Below, piece after piece: positions 45,335-53,656 of a DNA stretch of 64,000 nucleotides. The first letter of the stretch is position 1. Every line of letters begins with the position of its first letter. The DNA comes from Candidatus Altiarchaeota archaeon. GTDB lineage: Archaea; Altiarchaeota; Altiarchaeia; IMC4; SCGC-AAA252-I15. A program made the translations under genes and the position numbers. The notes beneath the pieces were generated by a model. The model made no database searches, was not told the origin of the DNA, and worked only from the letters and a program-made list of their open reading frames with translations. Location of the stretch: contig JAZDIN010000004.1 in assembly GCA_043804895.1 (NCBI GenBank), forward strand, positions 72,887-136,886, given 5' to 3'.

Positions 45335-46987
45335 ATGACCGAGGTGAAATCGAGGCTGCACGGCGGCATGGAGGAGAAGAAGAAGAAAGGCGCTGAGATG
45401 CTCAGACTCATCCTCGACAGCGTGAAAGCCAACGGCGTCCTATCCGAGAGCGAACTGGCCGGGAAAGTCGGATTAGACAAGAAAAGCCTCTCAAAATACG
45501 TCGAATACCTGAAGGAGAAGGAGCTCATCGCAGTCAAAAAGAGGATATTCGGCGAAGCTGAGATATCACTGACCGGTAAGGCATCCATTAGGCCGAAGCA
45601 GGAACACCCCGCCGAGGAGAAGAAACAGGAGATTCCGCCAGAAGTGCAGAAGGCTATCAGCACCATAAAATCGTGGGAGGCGCAAAGGAGCGGGACAGAA
45701 CCCCAGCCTGAACCTCCTGCGGCACCGGAACCTGAGGAGAAAGTAGGAGAACCCCCAGCAGAACCTGTGAAGACTGAGCCTACGCAACCAGTTGAACCAG
45801 CACCGGGTATTGAACCTAAATTTGAGCTGGCAAAGCCCATGCCAAAAACCAAGCCAGAGGAACCACCAGCTCAACCGCCCGCGCCAGTCCAGAAGGTGGA
45901 AACTCAGGAGAAGAAACCTGATGAGCCGGCCGGTGTTGGGGGAGGCGAGAAGGTCGTGCCAGAGACCGCTCAGGAGTTGAGGGAGGTCGTTAAAAGCCTG
46001 GTCACAGACTTCATCGGTGTGATGAGACTTTATGGGGAGGCGCAGGGGCAGTCGTACACCGCGGGACTCCTGATAGACAAGGGCGAGATAGTCGCAGTCT
46101 CCTTCGAGCACATGGACACCGTGGAACTCTCATACGGCGATGAGGCGATGAAGGAAATCCAGTCAAAGTTCATGGGCACCAAAGGCGACCTGGAGATATA
46201 CGAGATGAGCGAAGACGACCTCAACGCCTCGCTACGCGACAACGCGAACTACATGCTCTCCGCCCCGGTGAAGCTCTCCACTATGAACATCAGGATAAAG
46301 TCGCGGCTGAAGGAGGAGCCGGAAGCCGCGCCAAAAGGCTCACTCTTCTCCAAGCTCAAGGGAGCCCTCACAACACAAGACACCTCCGTAAAGGAGGAGC
46401 GGAAGAAGATGATGAGGGACCTGGAGAAGAAGGAGGGTAAAATCAACCTCGTCGAATTCGCCAGGAGCCTCACAATAGACCCGCTCAAAGCTAAACGATT
46501 CGAAGAGTTGAGAAAGCTCAGACAGGGAGTGGGCTCACAGAGGGGTGAGACTGAGGGGAGGAAAGCCGAACGGCTGCAGGAGCTGAAACTCCAACAAGCC
46601 ACGGCAGCGGCCGTAGGGATACTAGGCGGGGGGAACGCGAAGGAGGCGAGGCTTGAGGAGATGAGGCAGGCGAGGGCAGAGCCGATTAAAGTGGAGGTTG
46701 AGGAGAAAATCCCGACACAGGCGGTCCAAGAAGGCCATAAGGTGGAGACGAACATAGACAAGCTGTACTCGCTCGTCGAATCACAAGGTAAACTCAGGAT
46801 AAACGACGCCCTAGCAGCCAAACTCAAAGTCAGCAAAACGCAGATAGAGGAATGGGCGATGATACTGGAGGAACACGGCCTCCTCGAGCTCAAGTACCCG
46901 ACGATGGGGGAACCGGAGATAATTAGCGCGCACCCAAGCAAAAACGTTAAAAACGAGGCAGCAGATGGAAAGAAAAAACAGCAGTAA
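45335..46987 (+). CDS. pilus-locus protein: N-terminal wHTH, Pro/Glu-rich linker, central domain, C-terminal wHTH-like domain
   Basis: LRLILDSVKANGVLSESELAGKVGLDKKSLSKYVEYLKEKELI (wHTH). A PEPPAAPEPEEK...PAQPPAPVQ linker. C-terminus IDKLYSLVESQGKLRINDALAAKLKVSKTQIEEWAMILEEHGLLELKYP. Precedes and overlaps the ATPase gene. Confidence 0.6.
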   Translation: MTEVKSRLHGGMEEKKKKGAEMLRLILDSVKANGVLSESELAGKVGLDKKSLSKYVEYLKEKELIAVKKRIFGEAEISLTGKASIRPKQEHPAEEKKQEIPPEVQKAISTIKSWEAQRSGTEPQPEPPAAPEPEEKVGEPPAEPVKTEPTQPVEPAPGIEPKFELAKPMPKTKPEEPPAQPPAPVQKVETQEKKPDEPAGVGGGEKVVPETAQELREVVKSLVTDFIGVMRLYGEAQGQSYTAGLLIDKGEIVAVSFEHMDTVELSYGDEAMKEIQSKFMGTKGDLEIYEMSEDDLNASLRDNANYMLSAPVKLSTMNIRIKSRLKEEPEAAPKGSLFSKLKGALTTQDTSVKEERKKMMRDLEKKEGKINLVEFARSLTIDPLKAKRFEELRKLRQGVGSQRGETEGRKAERLQELKLQQATAAAVGILGGGNAKEARLEEMRQARAEPIKVEVEEKIPTQAVQEGHKVETNIDKLYSLVESQGKLRINDALAAKLKVSKTQIEEWAMILEEHGLLELKYPTMGEPEIISAHPSKNVKNEAADGKKKQQ

Positions 46988-48530
46988 ACCGGCGGATGAG
47001 GAGATACTCTCAACCTATGAGATAGAGTCGGCGGAAGTGAAGACTACAGTGCAGGTGGTCATGAAGGACTATGTGCCCTACTACAGGCTAGTGCTGCCAG
47101 AGGTCGACGTCGCAACACTCGCACTCCTGGATGACATAAAGGACAGGATGATATCCGGCGTGGAGATGACGACGACCGAGATACTGGACCCGAAACTCCT
47201 CGGCCAGCTGAAGAGTGAATTCAGCAAGAAGGCGGATTCCATACTCGAGAAGGAACTCCCCGAACTCGACGACGACGTGAAGAAGCACTTCATAGTGAAC
47301 ATCATCCACGAGCTTCTGGGCCTGGACGAGATAGAGTACTTCCTCTCAGACCCGAACCTCGAGGAGATAGTCGTCAACTCCTCAACAGAGCCTGTTCGGG
47401 TGTACCACAAGAAGTTCGGATGGCTTAAGACTAACATAACGCCCCAGAACGAGCTTAGGATACAAAACTACGCGAACACGATAGCAAGGAGGGTGGGCAG
47501 GGAAGTGACGACACTCAACCCGCTCTTGGATGCGCACCTGGTGAGCAAGGACAGGGCGAACGCGATACTAACCCCCATATCCACGAAAGGGAACACCATT
47601 ACTATAAGAAAATTCGCAAGGGACCCGTGGACCTGCACAGACTTCATAAACACAGAAACAGCCACACCGGAAGTCCTAGCACTAATCTGGCTGATGATAC
47701 AATACGAGATGAACATAGTAATCTCCGGAGGAACAGGCTCGGGGAAGACCAGCTTCCTGAACATCTGCATGCCGTTCATACCCCCCAACCACCGCATCAT
47801 AAGCATCGAAGACACGAGGGAACTGCAGCTGCCAGACTACCTGTACTGGTGCCCGCTCACCACAAGGGAGCCGAACCCAGAGGGGAAAGGCGAAGTCAAC
47901 ATGCTAGACCTGCTCGTGAACTCGCTGAGGATGCGGCCGGACAGGATAATAATGGGTGAGGTCAGGAAGAAGAGGGAGGCTGAAGTCCTCTTCGAGGCGA
48001 TGCACACCGGACACTCCGTCTACTGCACCATACACGCGGACACATGCGAGCAGACCATAACGAGGATAACCAACCCGCCCATAGAGGTGCCGCACAGCAT
48101 GCTAGAGGCTGTCCACCTTAACATCGTCATGTTCCGCGACAGGAGGCGCGGGATAAGACGGATCTTCGAAATGGGTGAATTCGTCCAGGACGAGGAGAAG
48201 AGGCACAGTGGAGAAGTGAGGTACAAACCGAACATAATCTACAGGTGGGACGCGAGAGACGATAAGATAGTCCCCAACATGGAGCCGATGAGACTATTCA
48301 CCGAACTATACCGCCACACCGGCCTCACAAGAGCCGAAGTCGTAGAGGACATAAACGAGAAGAAGGCAATCCTCGAATGGCTTGTGGAACACAAGGTAAG
48401 GCAGATAAACGACGTCGGCAAGGTCTTCAACAGATACTACATCGACCGAGCGACTGTAATCAAGCAAGTGAAGAAGAACGGCGACCCAAGGGAGATAATA
48501 GGCGAGTTCACGCCTGACATTCTCATTTGA
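46965..48530 (+). CDS. type IV pilus/archaellum-type secretion ATPase (FlaI/TadA/GspE superfamily)
   Basis: Walker A ISGGTGSGKTSFLN, Walker B/Asp box PDRIIMGEVR and His box TGHSVYCTIHA. 521 aa. Confidence 0.9.
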   Translation: MERKNSSKPADEEILSTYEIESAEVKTTVQVVMKDYVPYYRLVLPEVDVATLALLDDIKDRMISGVEMTTTEILDPKLLGQLKSEFSKKADSILEKELPELDDDVKKHFIVNIIHELLGLDEIEYFLSDPNLEEIVVNSSTEPVRVYHKKFGWLKTNITPQNELRIQNYANTIARRVGREVTTLNPLLDAHLVSKDRANAILTPISTKGNTITIRKFARDPWTCTDFINTETATPEVLALIWLMIQYEMNIVISGGTGSGKTSFLNICMPFIPPNHRIISIEDTRELQLPDYLYWCPLTTREPNPEGKGEVNMLDLLVNSLRMRPDRIIMGEVRKKREAEVLFEAMHTGHSVYCTIHADTCEQTITRITNPPIEVPHSMLEAVHLNIVMFRDRRRGIRRIFEMGEFVQDEEKRHSGEVRYKPNIIYRWDARDDKIVPNMEPMRLFTELYRHTGLTRAEVVEDINEKKAILEWLVEHKVRQINDVGKVFNRYYIDRATVIKQVKKNGDPREIIGEFTPDILI

Positions 48531-49245
48531 CGACTATGCCTGTGTCCGTGAACTCCATGTTATGAGAGCCTGCGTTAATCCTAGTCTGCCGCAGCTTCTC
48601 GACGCTCACGGACCTCAGGACATCCTTGCCTATCATCAACTTCTTGAACACCACAACCCCGTCGCAGACGAACTCGCTCACCTCGTCCCTCGTCATCCTC
48701 TCAGGGTCAAGCTGCTCTGAGATTATCAGTGATGTGACACCCATGGACTTGATCCTGCTCAGTATGTGGTATATCGTCTGCTTCCGGTACTGGTCTGGGT
48801 CCATCGCAATCCTGGAGTGTAAGTCAACGGACAAATCCATAAGCTTAATGTGCTCAGGGTCCTCAAGTATGTTAGTGTAGACTGAGACAACCGACAGACT
48901 GTCGATGACAAGGCGCTTTGCGCCCTTAGCCTCCACCTCATCCTTAAGGTAGCTCATGAAACCCTGGATGTCCTTGTGCTTAATGGACAAAAGCGAAAAA
49001 AGCTTCTCGTTGCGTATCTCATTCCAGCCGAACTGCTCGGCCTGCATGATAATGTCCTCCCTGAACTGCTCGAAGCTGACGTAAATCCCAGGCTCGCCCC
49101 TCTTGACACCATCATGAATGAACTGTAAACCAAGTATCGTCTTGCCTGTTCCTGGAGCCCCAGAAACAAGAACGTTAAAGCCTTCGGGAATTCCCCCGGC
49201 AATAAGGCTGTCTAATCCGCTAACCCCTGTTGAGAGACGTTTCAT
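48523..49245 (-). CDS. KaiC/RecA-superfamily ATPase (FlaH-like)
   Basis: RLSTGVSGLDSLIAGGIPEGFNVLVSGAPGTGKTILGLQFI and Walker B RLVIDSLS. 240 aa, single domain. Confidence 0.85.
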   Translation of the reverse strand: MKRLSTGVSGLDSLIAGGIPEGFNVLVSGAPGTGKTILGLQFIHDGVKRGEPGIYVSFEQFREDIIMQAEQFGWNEIRNEKLFSLLSIKHKDIQGFMSYLKDEVEAKGAKRLVIDSLSVVSVYTNILEDPEHIKLMDLSVDLHSRIAMDPDQYRKQTIYHILSRIKSMGVTSLIISEQLDPERMTRDEVSEFVCDGVVVFKKLMIGKDVLRSVSVEKLRQTRINAGSHNMEFTDTGIVVK

Positions 49246-49287
49246 GTTAATTAATACGTCTTTAATATTAAATCCTATTCCTATTTA

Positions 49288-50187
49288 ATGCAAGCCATTA
49301 GGATACCCATGCTAGGCTCCGCGAGCATAAGAAACACATCCCGCATATTCATAGGAGTCGGCGCCATAATGCTCCACATATTCCCCTCCATGAAGAACGC
49401 CGTCGAACAGTCCGGCGTCCGAGAGGAATACAAGATAGACACCCGCGAATACCTCGCATTCTGCTTCTTCGTCTCGATGATAATGCTAGTCGGCTTCGGA
49501 GGCCTCATAACAGCCATACTGGTGTTGGGGAAGGCTAAGATGCCCATGCTCGGGCCGACGATTGGAGTCGTCCTTGGGCTGGTGTTCTTCATGTACCTCA
49601 TGGTTTACCCAAGATCCATAGTCAACAAGAGGGTCAAGTACATAGAACGGAACCTCCTCTTCGCCCTCAGAAGCCTCCTGATACAGGTCCGCTCCGGTGT
49701 ATCGCTGTTCAACGGGATGGTTTCCATCGCCACCGGCAACTACGGTGCAATAAGCGAGGAATTCAAGCTGGTCGTGGAGAAGGTGAACGCAGGACGCCCG
49801 GTCGTAGAGGTCTTGGAGGAGATGGCGATAAGGAACCCGAGCCTGTACTTCAGGCGCGCCCTATGGCAGGTAGTCAACAGCCTCAAATCCGGCAGCGACG
49901 TCGGCAAAAACCTCGAGGACGTGATACGCTCCCTCTCAAAAGAACAACTCGTGGAGATAGGCAGGTACAAGAGCATACTCAACCCCCTCGCAATGATGTA
50001 CATGATGGTCGCAGTCATAGCACCGTCACTTGGCATAACCATGCTCATAATCCTCTCCTTCTTCCCTGGAATGGAGAAACTAGGCAACGAAACCGTATTC
50101 TGGGGCCTCCTCGTAGGCGTCGTGTTCATGCAGTTCGTGTTCCTCGGCCTCATAAAATCAAAGAGACCGAACCTGATAGGAGGATAA
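49288..50187 (+). CDS. T2SSF-domain membrane protein (TadB/FlaJ N-half-like)
   Basis: One T2SSF-like cytoplasmic domain (LFALRSLLIQVRSGVSLFNGMVSIA...EVLEEMA...SLKSGSDVGKNL) between TM segments. Confidence 0.8.
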   Translation: MQAIRIPMLGSASIRNTSRIFIGVGAIMLHIFPSMKNAVEQSGVREEYKIDTREYLAFCFFVSMIMLVGFGGLITAILVLGKAKMPMLGPTIGVVLGLVFFMYLMVYPRSIVNKRVKYIERNLLFALRSLLIQVRSGVSLFNGMVSIATGNYGAISEEFKLVVEKVNAGRPVVEVLEEMAIRNPSLYFRRALWQVVNSLKSGSDVGKNLEDVIRSLSKEQLVEIGRYKSILNPLAMMYMMVAVIAPSLGITMLIILSFFPGMEKLGNETVFWGLLVGVVFMQFVFLGLIKSKRPNLIGG

Positions 50188-50193
50188 AATAAA

Positions 50194-50347
50194 CCGCAGC
50201 CTTTAGGCTGCGTATTCCAATGTGGCCGAGACAAATGTCTCGGACACACACCGGAGGCTAAGAGCCTCCGATGTGATACGCTCAAAATGCCAAAAAGCAA
50301 AAAACAGATAGGAGGTGCAAGCGAGTAAGAATACTCGCGTATTTGTA
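50194..50347 (+). repeat. three-hairpin module plus conserved leader upstream of 50348
   Basis: CCGCAGCCTTTAGGCTGCG, ATGTGG, CCGAGACAAATGTCTCGG, ACACACACC, GGAGGCTAAGAGCCTCC, then ...AAAATGCCAAA...AGGAGGTGCAAGCGAGTAAGAATACTCGCGTATTTGTAATGA. Confidence 0.8.
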
Positions 50348-51346
50348 ATGAGTTTCGTGAAGATGCTGTCCCGGATGCTCCCGAGGAAGATGAGGGACAA
50401 CTACCACCAACTGCTCGGGTGCTCCACAGTCAAGGGAGACCCGGACTCGTTCATAGGGATGGCCCAGGTCATCGGGATAGTGGCGAGCTTCACCATCACC
50501 CTCTTCACAGGAAACTACAAGACAGTACCACCCCTCCTAGTGTTCGTCGCATCGTTCATGGTCATAGAATTCCTCATATACCTCTGGCTGGTCCTGAACG
50601 TGAGCGCCAAGGGACAGCAGGTGGAGGCCGCCCTCCCGGATGCACTCCAGCTGATGTCATCCAACATCAGAGCAGGCCTCACCACAGACAAGGCCCTCCT
50701 CCTTGCAGCAAGACCAGAGTTCGGGGCCCTTGAGGAGGAGCTAAGGAGGGTGGGGAAGGAGACGATGGCAGGCAGAAGCCTCGCCGACGCCCTCTCAAGG
50801 ATGACTCTCCACATAAGGTCCAACGACCTGGACAGGACCATAGAGTTGCTCATACACAGCCTAAAATCCGGAGGACAGCTCGCAGACCTCCTCGACCAGA
50901 CAGCAAACGACCTGAGGGACCAGCAGATAGTCCAAAAGGAGATAAGCGCCAGCGTCCTCATGTACGTCCTTTTCATATTCATCGCCCTTGCGATAGGCGC
51001 CCCAGTGCTCTTCTCCATGTCATCGTTCCTAGTCGAACTCCTCTCCACGAACATGCAACTGATAGCGAAGGAGATGCCGAAGGACTTCGGCGCCCACGGC
51101 GGGTCCATGCCGATAAAGATGACCGGCACCACAGTCAGCACCACCTTCCTCCACACCTACGCCATAATCTCGATAACGCTATCGTGCGTATTCGGAGGCC
51201 TCATAATCGGGATGATACTCAAAGGAGAGGAGAAGGAGGGAGTCAAATACATACCAATCATGCTCTTCGTAGCGCTGCTGCTATTCTTCTTGGCCACGTT
51301 TGTGTTGAAGTCGACAATCGGCGGCATGATGCCGATGGGCGATTAG
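50348..51346 (+). CDS. T2SSF-domain membrane protein (TadC/FlaJ C-half-like)
   Basis: [22 protein letters not shown]...LADALSRM...[11 protein letters not shown]. The ATG at 50348 is chosen by analogy with the conserved leader of 45335; the track's GTG at 50315 lies inside the AGGAGGTG block. Confidence 0.8.
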   Translation: MSFVKMLSRMLPRKMRDNYHQLLGCSTVKGDPDSFIGMAQVIGIVASFTITLFTGNYKTVPPLLVFVASFMVIEFLIYLWLVLNVSAKGQQVEAALPDALQLMSSNIRAGLTTDKALLLAARPEFGALEEELRRVGKETMAGRSLADALSRMTLHIRSNDLDRTIELLIHSLKSGGQLADLLDQTANDLRDQQIVQKEISASVLMYVLFIFIALAIGAPVLFSMSSFLVELLSTNMQLIAKEMPKDFGAHGGSMPIKMTGTTVSTTFLHTYAIISITLSCVFGGLIIGMILKGEEKEGVKYIPIMLFVALLLFFLATFVLKSTIGGMMPMGD

Positions 51347-51347
51347 A

Positions 51348-51527
51348 ATGGAATGTAAGAAAAGAGAGAACCTTAAAGACTGCAACTGCACGTACCCGTG
51401 CGAGAGAAGGGGCCTCTGCTGCGAGTGCGTGAGGTACCACAGGAGCAGGAACGAAATACCTGCCTGCTACTTCAGCCCAGAGAAGGAAAAGACGTACGAC
51501 AGGAGCATAAGGGGATACGGCCGCTAG
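51348..51527 (+). CDS. small Cys-rich protein (59 aa)
   Basis: My own translation: [59 protein letters not shown]. It starts 1 nt after the TadC-like stop. It resembles a widespread small Cys-rich family seen in anaerobes, recalled from memory and not verified. Confidence 0.5.
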   Translation: MECKKRENLKDCNCTYPCERRGLCCECVRYHRSRNEIPACYFSPEKEKTYDRSIRGYGR

Positions 51528-51790
51528 CCCCCCCTGTTTCTCAACCACATGCCCTTGAAATACGGCATCGTCAGCGTGGACAGCATGAAAGCCACTGCAG
51601 GGACTATCGCATTCAGCCACGGTTGCGGGACGTTTATCGCATGCAGGTAGAATCCCACAGCCAGGTAGGTGAACGCCATGAGGAGGAACCTTCTCGTGAC
51701 GCTAGTCTCCCAAGCCTTCTCTGACTCCACCCTACGATTCCTCTCCTTTATCTCAGAGATTTCCTTTTCAAGCTCCTCCAACGCAGCCAT
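51524..51790 (-). CDS. small membrane protein (coiled-coil N-terminus, two TM helices)
   Basis: [20 protein letters not shown]... then [15 protein letters not shown] and [13 protein letters not shown]. Trimmed so as not to overlap the SprT-like gene. Confidence 0.45.
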   Translation of the reverse strand: MAALEELEKEISEIKERNRRVESEKAWETSVTRRFLLMAFTYLAVGFYLHAINVPQPWLNAIVPAVAFMLSTLTMPYFKGMWLRNRGG

Positions 51791-51819
51791 AGTAGAGTTA
51801 TTCCCAGATACGTTTAATA

Positions 51820-52296
51820 CTATCTTTCCTCCGTTAGATAGAGTCTGTGCCGTGGGTTGTATCTCCTGTCGCAGCTTCTGCAGCTGTACCTCCACGGGTG
51901 CCTGATTTTCCTCAGGCGGTGCATCTCCAACCCGCACGTGGGGCAGGCGTAGACGAATCCTCCAACCGGCTTAACCTCCAGTTTGTCCCTTACTCCGCCC
52001 CTGCTTTTGAACTCAGCCCAGAATAGTTTCGTGTGCCTGTCACGCCTCCCCTCTTGGTGCAGGAGGGCGTGAGTCATCTCATGCAAAAGCGTCTGGACCA
52101 CGGCCTCCCAACCGTGCTGCTCATAAAGCTGCAATGAGACCCGTATCTGTTTCCTTCTGAAGTTTATGCTACCGTGGGTTCGGAACGACCTTCTGCTGAA
52201 CCTCACCGAATGCTCCTGGATTAAACCTCCGAAACGCTCGATGTTAAGCCTCGCGAACTCGTCCCTAAGACGCAAAGTAAGCTCGTCCATGCACAA
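51820..52296 (-). CDS. SprT-like zinc metalloprotease domain protein
   Basis: HExxH in TLLHEMTHALLH, plus a C-terminal zinc ribbon CPTCG...CRSCD. Confidence 0.75.
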   Translation of the reverse strand: MCMDELTLRLRDEFARLNIERFGGLIQEHSVRFSRRSFRTHGSINFRRKQIRVSLQLYEQHGWEAVVQTLLHEMTHALLHQEGRRDRHTKLFWAEFKSRGGVRDKLEVKPVGGFVYACPTCGLEMHRLRKIRHPWRYSCRSCDRRYNPRHRLYLTEER

Positions 52297-52321
52297 TCAC
52301 ACACTACAAGGCGAAGAGCGC

Positions 52322-52735
52322 CTAATTGCCTCCAATGTGTCTGACAAATTCCGCCCCATTGAATATCCGCACGCCCTTGTAACTCCCCAACCTAAGCAGG
52401 TCCTGGTCACCTGTGACCACGCAGTCAGCCTCTGCTTCGAGCGCGCACTCAAGCACCCTGTTGTCAGCAGGGTCTTCTTTGATGACAGCAACTACACTCT
52501 TCGGGGACACCAAAACTGAAGCAGCCCTCACGGCCTGACAAGCCTCGTCCACCATGTCCTGAGTGTAGCCGAACTTTGGCCGTGACATCACAACCCGGAA
52601 CTCTTTTAACATGCACTCGGAGGCGTAAATCTTAAACTCACCCTTGAGTGCCTTCCGCAGTATCGCATTCTCGTTCCCGCCATCCATCAGGAAGGCGGAG
52701 ATGAGGACGTTGGTGTCCAAAACTACTTTTTTCAT
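52322..52735 (-). CDS. PIN-domain toxin
   Basis: KKVVLDTNVLISAFL... and ...CVVTGDQDLL. 137 aa. 4-nt overlap with the upstream AbrB-type antitoxin. Confidence 0.8.
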   Translation of the reverse strand: MKKVVLDTNVLISAFLMDGGNENAILRKALKGEFKIYASECMLKEFRVVMSRPKFGYTQDMVDEACQAVRAASVLVSPKSVVAVIKEDPADNRVLECALEAEADCVVTGDQDLLRLGSYKGVRIFNGAEFVRHIGGN

Positions 52736-52995
52736 GCCTTGGACGCTCTCACTTCCTTTATTGCGTCTTCTATATCGCTGCGGGTTATGCCCCTGCGCTT
52801 GGCTATGCTTGATAAGTCCTTGGTTAACCTGTCGAATTCCTCGACTGTCGGGACCTTAAGCCTCCTCAGAACCACAGTGTCCCCCTTCCCATACACCGCG
52901 AACTTGGCCCCTGGCCGTATGCCAAGTTCCTCCCTGATGCCTGCAGGCAGGACAATCTGCCCCTTAGATGAGGCTGTCGTAAACACAACATCCAC
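52732..52995 (-). CDS. AbrB/SpoVT-type antitoxin
   Basis: SSKGQIVLPAGIREELGIRPGAKF. GTG start at 52995, 5 nt after GGAGGTG. Confidence 0.75.
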   Translation of the reverse strand: MDVVFTTASSKGQIVLPAGIREELGIRPGAKFAVYGKGDTVVLRRLKVPTVEEFDRLTKDLSSIAKRRGITRSDIEDAIKEVRASKA

Positions 52996-53138
52996 AAAAA
53001 CACCTCCAAGTAAGACTGACTTACATACTACCATTAGGCATTAGGTGTATAAAAACGCAAGAGAATGGTTTAAAGGATGATTTGAGGGTTTTTATAGTAG
53101 AAGAGCTTATATGATTGGGATATGATTGGTGTAATATT

Positions 53139-53318
53139 ATGCCGCGTATTTCAGTGGAAGTCCCGAAACACATACTAGACGACCTGAGAACCCACATAGG
53201 GGATGACAGGAAGTTCGTGAACCTATCCGACGCAGTCAGGACAGCATGCAGGAAGATGCTCGACCAAATGGACGAGATAGACAAAAGACACGGCAGAATC
53301 AAGGAGGAGAAAAAATGA
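53139..53318 (+). CDS. ribbon-helix-helix (CopG-like) DNA-binding protein
   Basis: MPRISVEVPKHILDDLRTHIG...NLSDAVRTACRKML, the RHH beta-alpha-alpha pattern. Its stop overlaps the queD ATG. Confidence 0.65.
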   Translation: MPRISVEVPKHILDDLRTHIGDDRKFVNLSDAVRTACRKMLDQMDEIDKRHGRIKEEKK

Positions 53319-53656
53319 GACTATGCAGGGAATTCATATTCGACGCAGCCCACTACATCCCAGACTACAAAGGAGAATGCGAGAAACTCCACGGCCACAC
53401 CTACAAGCTGGAAATCACAGTTGAGGGGAAGGTCGGGAAAGACGGTATGGTGATGGACTTCTCGGCACTGAAGAATGTGGTTGAGGAGAACGTGCTTGGA
53501 AAGCTCGACCACCAGAACCTCAACGACGTCATGGACAACCCCACCGCCGAAAACATCGTGGAGTGGATTCACAAGAGACTGGAGAAAAAGCTGCCGCTCT
53601 ATTCGATTAGGCTGTGGGAGGGAGATGGGAAGTGGGTCGAAAGGCAGTGTGCCTGA
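53315..53656 (+). CDS. queD: 6-carboxy-5,6,7,8-tetrahydropterin synthase
   Basis: FDAAHYIPDYKGECEKLHGHTYKLEI...NPTAENI (the Cys/His zinc site of the QueD/PTPS family). ATG at 53315 after AAGGAGGAG. Confidence 0.88.
   Translation: MRLCREFIFDAAHYIPDYKGECEKLHGHTYKLEITVEGKVGKDGMVMDFSALKNVVEENVLGKLDHQNLNDVMDNPTAENIVEWIHKRLEKKLPLYSIRLWEGDGKWVERQCA

Noticed and set aside
45187-47013. Minus-strand ORFs 45187-45852, 45566-46111 and 46249-47013, opposite the wHTH/Pro-rich gene
   Set aside because: The translations are low-complexity (Ser/Gly/Phe-rich). They mirror the Pro/Glu-rich plus-strand gene, which has recognisable wHTH segments and couples to the ATPase gene.
50315-50347. GTG start at 50315 for the TadC-like gene (track ORF), and 5' extensions of folP, GNAT, S3, L4, Rpp29, Rpp21, queD and the second MFS gene
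   Set aside because: The extensions overlap upstream genes or structured repeats and add basic, low-complexity residues. Internal ATG/GTG starts with better context (ATGA coupling, Shine-Dalgarno-like GGAGG, conserved leader) were preferred.
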